Below are positions 22,895 through 32,000 of a DNA stretch of 32,000 nucleotides, piece by piece. The notes under the pieces were generated by a model. The model searched no databases and had not been told where the DNA came from. It saw only the letters and a list, made by a program, of their open reading frames with translations. The first letter of the stretch is position 1. Every line of letters begins with the position of its first letter. Both the position numbers and the translations under genes were made by a program. The stretch lies in the NCBI RefSeq assembly GCF_023585785.1, contig NZ_CP097765.1, positions 480,001 to 512,000 of the forward strand, written 5' to 3'. This DNA comes from Blochmannia endosymbiont of Camponotus modoc. Lineage in GTDB: Bacteria > Pseudomonadota > Gammaproteobacteria > Enterobacterales > Enterobacteriaceae.

Positions 22895-23653
22895 TTATAC
22901 ATGTGTTTTTAATGATCGAGATATCTGTGTTTCGTATTCAATTACTTCTTTATTTAATGAATCAATTTTCACTTTCATAATCTCATAACAATATTTAGTC
23001 ATGTCACGTACTTTATTAGGTTCGTATTTTTGAGTTTCTATAGGAGGCATAACTTCAATAATCACTAAACCATTAGACCAACGATTTAATTTTATTTTTT
23101 TATTAGAAATATTAGAAACACAAACAGGTACAATTGGTATTTGAGCTGCAATTGCAGCATGAAACGCACCAATTTTAAACGGTAATAATCCCCTACCGGC
23201 ACTACGTGTGCCTTCTGGAAAAACCCAAATAGAAATATCGCGCGTTTTAACAGATTTAGCCTTTTGTATTAAAATATTATGAGACCGAGTATTTTGACTA
23301 CGATTAATTAATATATTTCCACATAACCAATATAGTTGCCCAAAAAATGGAATCCACAGTAAATTTTTTTTACCTACTATTATTGTACGGGGTTTCACAG
23401 CACAAGATACTGTGATCATATCGTAATTATTTTGATGATTCGCAATATATATACAATGCCTCGGTAATTGATTACTTGATAAATTTCGTATTTTAAGTTG
23501 AATACCAAAAATAGGAGCCATACTTCCGAACAATCGACCAAAAAGAGCAGTGTGATATGACTGTCGCGGTCTTAATAAACAATAAATAATACCAAATATA
23601 CAAATATTAATTGACAATATCAAGACTAAAATAATACGTATAATGGCAAGCAT
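22895..23653 (-). CDS. plsC: 1-acyl-sn-glycerol-3-phosphate acyltransferase
   Basis: 252-aa ORF with the HX4D motif NHQNNYDMI, FPEGTRSAGRGLLPFKIGAFHAAI and IPIVPVCVSN. Confidence 0.95.
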   Translation of the reverse strand: MLAIIRIILVLILSINICIFGIIYCLLRPRQSYHTALFGRLFGSMAPIFGIQLKIRNLSSNQLPRHCIYIANHQNNYDMITVSCAVKPRTIIVGKKNLLWIPFFGQLYWLCGNILINRSQNTRSHNILIQKAKSVKTRDISIWVFPEGTRSAGRGLLPFKIGAFHAAIAAQIPIVPVCVSNISNKKIKLNRWSNGLVIIEVMPPIETQKYEPNKVRDMTKYCYEIMKVKIDSLNKEVIEYETQISRSLKTHV

Positions 23654-23987
23654 ATTTTCTCCTTGAACATATCGCTAAGAACTTGTTATTAAAAAAAATT
23701 ATATAATCATTGTATTTATGTTTAATAAGACAACATCATTTCTTATAGCTAATATTTTCAGAACAATTATTAAATTATAATAATTTCAGTCAAAAACACT
23801 ATCCTGATTAGAATATATAAATTTTATTCACATAAAATGTTGTCATATAAATATGTTATTGAAATATATTCAAAAACTACAGAATAAAACACAATCATTA
23901 TTGATGATATTTAATTATATAATTTTCTTCATGCAATATATTTAAAATATTCTTAAAACTTTATTACTTAATGGACAATGATTTTCA

Positions 23988-24632
23988 TTAAGTCATATGA
24001 ATACGATAAGTTATTAAATCTGAAATAGTTAAAACTGGCATTCTGTGTCTACGTGCAAACGCAATTATTTCTAATATACGCGCCATACTTCCATCTTCAT
24101 TTGTTACTTCGCATAATACCCCAAATGGTCTTAATCCAGCTAATGAGGTTAAATCAATAGCTGCTTCTGTATGACCAAAACGAGCTAATACTCCCCCATT
24201 TTGAGCACGTAAGGGAAACACATGTCCAGGACGATTTAAATCAGAAGGCTTTGCACTATCTTCTATAGAAGCTCTAATAGTAGTTAATCGATCTGCAGCT
24301 GAAACTCCAGTAGTTATACCGTTTGCTGCTTCTATACTAACAGTAAAAGCAGTTCTATAACGATTACTATTATTCTTCACCATCATTGTTAAATTTAATT
24401 GTTTGCATCGATCCTCTGTCAAGCACAAACAAACTATCCCACTGCCATAACGAATAGCTAATGCCATTTGTTCAACTGTCATATTTTCTGCAGCAAATAT
24501 CATATCACCTTCATTCTCACGATTTTCATCATCCATTACTAAAATGCCCCGTCCATTGCGTAACGCTTTTAACGCATTTTGGACACGCTCTACAGGCGAT
24601 CCAAATTCAGACAAAGCATTCCTCCGGTGCAT
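23988..24632 (-). CDS. ribB: 3,4-dihydroxy-2-butanone 4-phosphate synthase
   Basis: [45 protein letters not shown]. The ATG at 24632 ([17 protein letters not shown]) aligns with the E. coli N-terminus better than the track start at 24659. Confidence 0.96.
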   Translation of the reverse strand: MHRRNALSEFGSPVERVQNALKALRNGRGILVMDDENRENEGDMIFAAENMTVEQMALAIRYGSGIVCLCLTEDRCKQLNLTMMVKNNSNRYRTAFTVSIEAANGITTGVSAADRLTTIRASIEDSAKPSDLNRPGHVFPLRAQNGGVLARFGHTEAAIDLTSLAGLRPFGVLCEVTNEDGSMARILEIIAFARRHRMPVLTISDLITYRIHMT

Positions 24633-25481
24633 GATAATTAAATCCTCACTAAATACCATAATTTATTGCAATAAGAATACGATTCAAACTACAAAATAAA
24701 AGTACAATTTTAATAAATCGAATATATATTCGATTTAAATCTATATCTCCATCCCTCATTTAGACTATCGCCCGCTAGTATTTAGATTATATCAAATCAT
24801 CTTCATAAAATCGTACTGATAATACTGTCAAATTCATATTTTTATGATTAAATGTAACTTGTATGCACTAAACCATTTTTACTCTGTATACATAGACACT
24901 ATGTATACAAAACTTGTCACATCTGATATGTTTCAATAAATCAAAATTTATATTAAAACACTATTTATTATGAGTAATACTACATATATTAAAATAATTA
25001 ATAACATTGATATATTAATTTTGAAAATCAAAAAATTTGATTTCATTCATATGAATTTATTCTAAACATTATTTAAAATATTACATATAATTTAAATAGA
25101 AGTATCTCGAAATTATTATAATATTAGATGAGTAAATACGAATTATAGAGAATCAAAATAATTTTATGTACCTACATAATATTATTGCAAACCATAATAA
25201 AAACGAAACAATTATAAAAATTATAAAATATTACAAACCAATATAAACACAAATTAAAACCGTCAAATATATTAATAAAAAGGATAAAACAACTCTCTTT
25301 TAACTACATTGTCATAAATAGAATAATTATATTAACTTCCGTATCATATCAACAATACATTTATGCCTTACTCATATCCGAGGATTGCCCACTCACGCGC
25401 GCATCTCATGACCTAAATATTCTTTATATTTTAAGATCATACTAAAAATACATATTTAAGATAAATTACCGTACATTCTTT

Positions 25482-26915
25482 TCAATTTTTACGTTTAATA
25501 GCATTAATAATATTGCTGCTAGAACAACCAGTTTGAAAATTTAACACACGAACTGTTCCTCCACTATTCAGCACTCCTTGACTTCCCTCGATATCACATA
25601 CATGATAATCACCGCCTTTTACCAAAAAATCTGGAGACAAGTATGCAACTAATCTTGAGGGTGTATCCTCATAAAAAGGCACCACCCAATCTACAACTGC
25701 TAGAGCAGCTAATATAAACATACGTTGTTCTAAAGTATTTATAGGTCTTGTTTTACCTTTTAAACGTCTCGTTGAGCCATCACTGTTTACGGCCACAATT
25801 AATCTGTCTCCAAGTTTTTTAGCATTAGTCAAATAACTTACATGACCAGAATGCAATATATCGAAGACACCATTAGTCATAACTATTTTTTCACCTCTAT
25901 TACGAACTACAGATATTGTCTGTTTTAACGTTTTCTCATCTAATATACCGACAGGCAAAGTAGTACATATATGACTATTCATGATATTTTTCATTTCAGT
26001 TACATTGCTAGTAGAAGTCCCAGATTTTTTTATTACCGCGCTGGCGGCCAAATTAGCTAAAAAACATGCTTTTTCCAAACTTTTACCAGAAGACAATGCT
26101 GCTGACAACACACCAACTACTGTGTCCCCAGCACCAGTTACATTGTATACTTCCTTTGTCTGCGTTGAAAAATATAACGGAGCTGCATATCGTGTGCATA
26201 AAGTCATACCCATTTCAGAGCGTGTAATCAATAAGGCTGATAAATTATAATCAATTATAATTTCTTGAGCTCGATTTATCAAAATTTTTTCATTACGACA
26301 AGATCCTACTATCGATTCAAATTCTGATATATTAGGAGTTAATAAAGTAGCGCCTTTATAACGGGAAAATTGTATACCTTTAGGGTCTACGATAACCGGT
26401 ACATTCATATAACGTGCCAATTTAATAATCTCTTCTATGCAGTTTAAAGAACCCTTGGCATAATCAGACAACACCAATACCTTATATTTTGGTAAATACA
26501 ATTCCACTTGTTCAAGTAATTTCGTGGTATCAACATTATTAAAATATTGTTCAAAATCTAATCTAATAAGTTGTTGATTACGTGACATTACTCGTAATTT
26601 AATTATAGTAGGACATGTTCTAACTGAGATAAAATTCCATTTTATATTTGATTCGTTAAGTTGCTTTTTTAAAATTTTGGCTGCTTCATCAACTCCAGTT
26701 AATCCTAATAATCTTGATCGAGCACCTAAAGAAGCAATATTCATTGCAACATTGGCAGCTCCACCTGGTCGATCTATAACTTTATTGATCTTAACAATTG
26801 GAACAGGTGCTTCTGGGGAAATCTTATCGGTAGACCCATACCAATATCGGTCTAACATAACATCCCCTACAATTAATACACTCGATTTAGAAAAATTTGG
26901 AAAAATAACAGTCAT
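25482..26915 (-). CDS. hldE: bifunctional heptose 7-phosphate kinase / heptose 1-phosphate adenylyltransferase
   Basis: 477-aa fusion of a PfkB kinase ([28 protein letters not shown]) and a nucleotidyltransferase ([24 protein letters not shown]). Confidence 0.96.
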   Translation of the reverse strand: MTVIFPNFSKSSVLIVGDVMLDRYWYGSTDKISPEAPVPIVKINKVIDRPGGAANVAMNIASLGARSRLLGLTGVDEAAKILKKQLNESNIKWNFISVRTCPTIIKLRVMSRNQQLIRLDFEQYFNNVDTTKLLEQVELYLPKYKVLVLSDYAKGSLNCIEEIIKLARYMNVPVIVDPKGIQFSRYKGATLLTPNISEFESIVGSCRNEKILINRAQEIIIDYNLSALLITRSEMGMTLCTRYAAPLYFSTQTKEVYNVTGAGDTVVGVLSAALSSGKSLEKACFLANLAASAVIKKSGTSTSNVTEMKNIMNSHICTTLPVGILDEKTLKQTISVVRNRGEKIVMTNGVFDILHSGHVSYLTNAKKLGDRLIVAVNSDGSTRRLKGKTRPINTLEQRMFILAALAVVDWVVPFYEDTPSRLVAYLSPDFLVKGGDYHVCDIEGSQGVLNSGGTVRVLNFQTGCSSSNIINAIKRKN

Positions 26916-27363
26916 AATTTACCCAATAAACACCTTGAACAAATAAAAACATAGTTGATTATACATTAATAACAATTAAAATTATTAATAAATTAAATTA
27001 TTTTGTAAGCAATAAAAATCATAATACAAACAACTCTAATGCATTTATTAACGCTGTTTAAAATACAACTTAATTTATATTTTCAAAAAATTAAGAATAA
27101 TATTCTGTCTTAGACTACAATCCATATTGATGCTTTATGTATGAAATTATCTGTACTATATGTAACTTGATGTATCAATTAATTAATTGAATTGATTAAT
27201 TACTACCAAAATAATTGTTTAAAAATTTTTATTTAATATAATTAATAAAAACAAAAAAATCACTATATTTTATTTTTAAAATTATATTCTATATGAAATA
27301 GTTTTCATTTTTAATTAATCAATAGCATTTTAATATGCAAATCATTTGATTGAGAATTGCTCA

Positions 27364-28590
27364 ATGGAAAAATATTTAGTGGGTGGCGCTGTACGAGACA
27401 CATTATTAAAACTACCAATTCAAGAAAAAGATTGGGTAATAGTAGGATCTAGTCCTCAAGAAATGTTAAATATAGGCTATGAACAAGTCGGAAAAGATTT
27501 TCCGGTATTCTTACACCCAGAAAGCCATGAAGAATATGCATTGGCACGCACTGAACGAAAATCTGGTCGAGGATATACTGGATTTACTTGTTATACAGCC
27601 CCTTCAATTACTATTGAAGAAGATCTATATCGTAGAGATTTAACTATTAATGCTATGGCTTATGACTCACACGGAAATCTTGTTGATCCATATCACGGAC
27701 AACGAGATATAAAATTACGACTGTTACGGCATGTTTCTCATACATTTCATGAGGATCCCCTACGAGTATTAAGAGTCGCTCGCTTTGCTGCACGATTCGC
27801 ACATATAAATTTTACTATAGCTCCAGAAACACTAATATTAATGAAACAAATGATTCATGAATTACTATCGTTATCTCCAGAACGTATATGGACAGAAACA
27901 AAAAAAGCTTTGATGACAGATAATCCACAAGTATATTTTACGGTCTTACGGCATTGCGGAGCCTTAAAGATTTTATTTCCTGAATTAGATGCATTATTTG
28001 ATATACCTACTCCAACCCAATATTGCACAAAAATTAACACTGGTTGTTATGCCATGACAACGCTTTCAAAAGCTGCTTACTTAACAGATGATATCAATGT
28101 ACGTTTTTCTGTTCTATGTCGTGATTTAGGAAAAGGAATCCCTCTTAATAAAAAAAACAAAGATATCAAACATCATGATCACAGAAAATTAGGGATTACT
28201 TTAATTCACGATTTATGCAATAGATTCAAAATACCACATGAAATTCGTAATTTTTCAAAAATTACCTCAGAATATCACGACTATTTATATAACGTAAAAA
28301 TATTGGAACCTAAAATGCTAATGACCTTATTTCATGTTTTTGATTGTTGGCGCCGCCCAAGCAGAATAGATCAAATTATTTTGGTTAGTCAATCCAATAC
28401 AATAAGATGGGAGAATTATAACAATTATTCACTTAATCAAGAAAATTTACTACGCACAGCCTTTACCATTACTAAAAAAATTTCCACTGCAGACATTATT
28501 AAAGATGGATTCACCGGATCAAACATAAATAAGGAATTATACGCCAGACGTTTACATGCTTTAAATTCATGGAAAAATAAACAAATATAA
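27364..28590 (+). CDS. cca: tRNA nucleotidyltransferase (CCA-adding) with degenerate HD motif
   Basis: MEKYLVGGAVRDTLLKLPIQEKDWVIVGS, RRDLTINAMAYD and EDPLRVLRVARFAARF. The ATG at 27364 matches E. coli; the track start at 27346 adds 6 residues. Confidence 0.95.
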   Translation: MEKYLVGGAVRDTLLKLPIQEKDWVIVGSSPQEMLNIGYEQVGKDFPVFLHPESHEEYALARTERKSGRGYTGFTCYTAPSITIEEDLYRRDLTINAMAYDSHGNLVDPYHGQRDIKLRLLRHVSHTFHEDPLRVLRVARFAARFAHINFTIAPETLILMKQMIHELLSLSPERIWTETKKALMTDNPQVYFTVLRHCGALKILFPELDALFDIPTPTQYCTKINTGCYAMTTLSKAAYLTDDINVRFSVLCRDLGKGIPLNKKNKDIKHHDHRKLGITLIHDLCNRFKIPHEIRNFSKITSEYHDYLYNVKILEPKMLMTLFHVFDCWRRPSRIDQIILVSQSNTIRWENYNNYSLNQENLLRTAFTITKKISTADIIKDGFTGSNINKELYARRLHALNSWKNKQI

Positions 28591-28856
28591 AAATATGTAT
28601 ATACAAAATTTAAAAGCACTATAAATAATCAAATAACTTAAAACAAACATGCATAACTAAAAACAAACTACAAACACATATAATAGCTACTTTTAATGGT
28701 ATTAAATTTATATACAAAAAAATAATGTTTTTATATGAATCACAACAATAATTACTATTATGACAGTAATTCTATTATTTAATACTCAACACAAAGCACA
28801 TTAATCAATACGGATATCTAATAATTTTAAATTTTAATCAAACACATCAACATAAA

Positions 28857-29747
28857 TCATGTCATTAACCCCCAATAAATACCCCCTGCTAATAAAAATC
28901 GATATATAGCAAAAGGAATTAAAGAAACATTTTGAACTATTTTCAAAAAATATCTTACAGTAAATAATGCTATAAAAAATGCTATGGCACTACCCACTAT
29001 CAACAACAAAGCATCCATGAGACCAATACAAGATCTATAATGATATAAGGTTAATACCGCAGAACCAAATATAATAGGCACCGCTAAAAAAAATGAAAAC
29101 TCTGATGATATACGCCGATTCAGCCCAACTACTAATCCGCCTCCGATAGTAGCACCAGCACGAGAAAATCCCGGCCAAAAAGATAAACATTGAAAACACC
29201 CAATTAAAAAAGCTTGCAAATAAGTTATATTATTGATATGTGATACACGTGGTTCTTTAGTAGATACACATAATTCTCCAACTAATAAAAAAATTCCTCC
29301 AATTATCAATCCATACATAATATATGTTAACTCAAAAATCAATCCAATTTTTTCGTAAAAAATCATACCTAGCATTATTCCGGGAAACGTCCCTAAAAAT
29401 ATATGCCGAATACATAAATGATTACTATCATCATCATGTTGTTTAAAAAATATTTTTTTTGTACAAATCATACTCATACCATATAATTGATTCCAAAAAA
29501 TTTTTGTTATAGACAAAATAGCACCTAATTGAATAATCACAGTAAAAGCTATGACCGAATCATCCATGCAATTTAAAATATTTTCTACTAATATCATATG
29601 CCCTGTTGAAGAAATAGGAAGAAATTCTGTTAAACCTTCTACTATCCCCAAAATCAGTGAAACAGCTAATCTACGTACATCTAATATTAATGATCCAAAA
29701 TCAATAACATAAACTATAATATTTAACGTAATATAAATCATTGACAT
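28857..29747 (-). CDS. uppP: undecaprenyl-diphosphatase
   Basis: BacA family: ILGIVEGLTEFLPISSTGHMILV, VIIQLGAIL, FWPGFSRAGATIGGGL. Start uncertain: GTG 29759, ATG 29747 and ATG 29741 are possible, all giving a longer N-terminus than E. coli. Confidence 0.93.
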   Translation of the reverse strand: MSMIYITLNIIVYVIDFGSLILDVRRLAVSLILGIVEGLTEFLPISSTGHMILVENILNCMDDSVIAFTVIIQLGAILSITKIFWNQLYGMSMICTKKIFFKQHDDDSNHLCIRHIFLGTFPGIMLGMIFYEKIGLIFELTYIMYGLIIGGIFLLVGELCVSTKEPRVSHINNITYLQAFLIGCFQCLSFWPGFSRAGATIGGGLVVGLNRRISSEFSFFLAVPIIFGSAVLTLYHYRSCIGLMDALLLIVGSAIAFFIALFTVRYFLKIVQNVSLIPFAIYRFLLAGGIYWGLMT

Positions 29748-29835
29748 ATGCACTGCCACGTTATTACATTGATATGTAAGAATAATTATACTTATTTAAA
29801 AATTTTCTTATTTTACAGATACATCCATATACTTC

Positions 29836-30228
29836 TCAACAAACTAACTCTTTTTTTAAAGACTTGAGAAGCGTTTTATTCTTTCGTTCAACACATATAC
29901 CAACATTACAAGCATTATGAATTGCACCAGGTTTATTCACTTTTACACGAACCCAGTAAATACAAAATTTTTTTATTAATGTGTTTGCTATTAAATTAGC
30001 AACATCTTCTATTAAGTAAAAATGTTTCTGGCTCACTAAACTAAGTATGACTTGATTTACATGAGTATAATCGATATAAGACACTATACTTTGATGATCT
30101 GCAAAAAATTCAGTATCACATGACAATTGCAAATCGAAAATTAATTTTTGCAAACAATTTTTTTCCCAATCATTTATACCGATATACGCCATTACTGTTA
30201 GTCGCTCGATAAATAAGATATCCATCAT
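29836..30228 (-). CDS. folB: dihydroneopterin aldolase
   Basis: MMDILFIERLTVMAYIGINDWEKNCLQKLIFDLQL ... SYIDYTHVNQVI ... VRVKVNKPGAI; syntenic between uppP and plsY. Confidence 0.93.
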   Translation of the reverse strand: MMDILFIERLTVMAYIGINDWEKNCLQKLIFDLQLSCDTEFFADHQSIVSYIDYTHVNQVILSLVSQKHFYLIEDVANLIANTLIKKFCIYWVRVKVNKPGAIHNACNVGICVERKNKTLLKSLKKELVC

Positions 30229-30350
30229 ATATTATATTTTTAATTACATAAAAAATTATTTATTTAAATGATATTGACTGTTTAATATACACACATATAC
30301 ATATAAAATATATGTAATAATTGCTATTTAATCTCAATAAATTAATTATT

Positions 30351-30938
30351 ATGATTTTTTTTTCTATTCTAATAACGATATTTGCTTATTTTTTAGGGTC
30401 AATATCTAGCGCTATTTTAATATGCAAAATATTGCGTTTTCCAGACCCAAGAAATTTTGGCTCTAAAAATCCCGGTGCTACCAATATTTTACGTATCGCA
30501 GGGCTTAAAATTGCAATTAGTGTGATTTTGTTTGATATATTAAAAGGAGCAATTCCAATGTGGTTAGGATATCATTTGAAAATTTCACCTATTTTTTTAG
30601 GAACTACGGCTATTTTTTCCTGTATGGGACACATGTATCCCATATTTTTTAAATTTTATGGAGGAAAAGGTGTAGCTACCGCATTTGGAGTACTTACAAC
30701 CATAGACCTTAATCTTTCTATAGTCATGATCAGTTCCTGGGCATTGACTGTGCTATCTTTTGGATATTCCTCACTGGGAGCCATCGTTACTGCGTTCATT
30801 ATACCTTGTTATGCTTGGTATTTTCAATCTCAATATTTACTCCCAATAATCATAATATCTTCTTTAGTTGTAATAAAGCATGCATCTAATATTAAACGAT
30901 TATGGCATCACAAAGAAACCCGTATTTGGCGTAATTAA
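30351..30938 (+). CDS. plsY: acyl-phosphate glycerol-3-phosphate acyltransferase
   Basis: YFLGSISSAILICKILRFPDPRNFGSKNPGATNILRIAG, GHMYPIFFKFYGGKGVATAFG. The ATG at 30351 is preferred over the track's TTG at 30321. Confidence 0.94.
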   Translation: MIFFSILITIFAYFLGSISSAILICKILRFPDPRNFGSKNPGATNILRIAGLKIAISVILFDILKGAIPMWLGYHLKISPIFLGTTAIFSCMGHMYPIFFKFYGGKGVATAFGVLTTIDLNLSIVMISSWALTVLSFGYSSLGAIVTAFIIPCYAWYFQSQYLLPIIIISSLVVIKHASNIKRLWHHKETRIWRN

Positions 30939-30963
30939 CATAAAAATATTACTAATACGTAAA

Positions 30964-31989
30964 TTATAATAATTGCTTTATTCGTGGAAGATCTTCTAAT
31001 GACCAGCGTGGTCTTACTAAAATTGATAAATCACTAAATAATCCAGCCTTTAATCTAATTAATCCAGCGTAAGCCACCATTGCGCCATTATCTGTACAAA
31101 ACTCCGGTCTAGGATAAAACAAGCTTCCTTGTAAGGTATACATCATCTTCAAAAGATACGATCTTAACGCGTGGTTAGCGCTAACACCTCCAGATATCAC
31201 TAAACATTTTAATCCGGTTTGATTCAAGGCACGGCGACATTTGATTGCTAATGTTTCAATAATTGCATCTTCAAACGCACGTGCAATATCAGCACAAGTT
31301 TGAGCATCATGAGAATTTGACATAATAGTATTTACAGTAAAAGTTTTTAAACCAGAAAAACTAAAATTCAAACCGGGGCGATCAGTCATAGGACGAGGAA
31401 ATACATAACGCTTCGAAATACCCTGTTGAGCCATTTTTGATAATAAAGCTCCTCCAGGATATTTTAATCCTAATAATATAGCAATCTTATCAAACACTTC
31501 TCCAACAGCATCATCAATAGATTCTCCTAATATTTTATATTCCCCTATATTGCTTGCAGACACAAGTTGAGTGTGTCCGCCGGATACTAATAATGCTATA
31601 AATGGAAAAGTAGGAACTTTTTTTTCTAACATTGGCGCTAATAAATGAGCTTCCATATGATGAATATCGATAGCGGGTATTTTCCAAGCATACGCAAGTG
31701 TTCTCCCAACAGTTGCTCCGACCAATAAGGCACCCATCAATCCAGGTCCAGCAGTGTATGCTATTCCATCGATATTTTTTGGCTCTAAACGAGCTCGATC
31801 TAGTGTACATAAAATTAAAGGAACTATTTTTCGTACATGATCACGAGCAGCTAATTCAGGAACAACCCCGCCATAATTAGCATGCAATTCATTTTGACTA
31901 TATACTTCATTAACTAATAATCCCTTATGTTGATCATAAATTGCTACACCTGTTTCATCACATGAAGTTTCAATACCTAAAACACGCAT
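30964..31989 (-). CDS. tsaD: tRNA N6-threonylcarbamoyladenosine synthase subunit TsaD
   Basis: 341-aa [31 protein letters not shown] metal motif, [20 protein letters not shown]. Confidence 0.98.
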   Translation of the reverse strand: MRVLGIETSCDETGVAIYDQHKGLLVNEVYSQNELHANYGGVVPELAARDHVRKIVPLILCTLDRARLEPKNIDGIAYTAGPGLMGALLVGATVGRTLAYAWKIPAIDIHHMEAHLLAPMLEKKVPTFPFIALLVSGGHTQLVSASNIGEYKILGESIDDAVGEVFDKIAILLGLKYPGGALLSKMAQQGISKRYVFPRPMTDRPGLNFSFSGLKTFTVNTIMSNSHDAQTCADIARAFEDAIIETLAIKCRRALNQTGLKCLVISGGVSANHALRSYLLKMMYTLQGSLFYPRPEFCTDNGAMVAYAGLIRLKAGLFSDLSILVRPRWSLEDLPRIKQLL

Positions 31990-32000
31990 ATAATACCCCA

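Noticed and set aside
29741-29759. N-terminal extension of UppP as a possible new domain
   Set aside because: The extra ~25 residues start from an ambiguous GTG/ATG cluster without a Shine-Dalgarno. Start-site uncertainty is a simpler explanation than a new domain.
31535-31880. ORFs 31535..31810 and 31698..31880 overlapping tsaD
   Set aside because: Alternative frames of a well-supported tsaD; no homology.

Overview
This is an AT-rich, mobile-element-free window of a reduced gammaproteobacterial genome. Gene content, gene order and protein similarity point to a Candidatus Blochmannia-type insect endosymbiont; the taxon is inferred, not searched. Two blocks collinear with E. coli are joined at tRNA-Phe. 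Block 1 is rpsF(partial)-rlmB-purA-hflC-hflK-hflX-hfq-miaA-amiB-tsaE-tRNA-Gly-orn-psd-mscM-efp-groEL-groES-cutA. Block 2 is metC-plsC-ribB-hldE-cca-uppP-folB-plsY-tsaD. I found no CRISPR, prophage, transposon or toxin/defence locus, and no credible new multigene system. The observations most worth a second look are: (1) a perfect 78-bp palindrome between groEL and efp; (2) an apparently non-AUG (AUU) start for miaA, because the only ATG cuts off the strand before the P-loop; (3) a Cca whose HD-domain motif reads RD instead of HD; (4) a near-consensus sigma-32 promoter kept upstream of groESL; (5) tRNA-Phe sitting exactly at the synteny junction, consistent with ancestral pheU/pheV recombination; (6) a perfect 18-bp hairpin in a 1.5-kb non-coding region; (7) EF-P with its modifiable Lys34 but no epmA or epmB at the syntenic sites.
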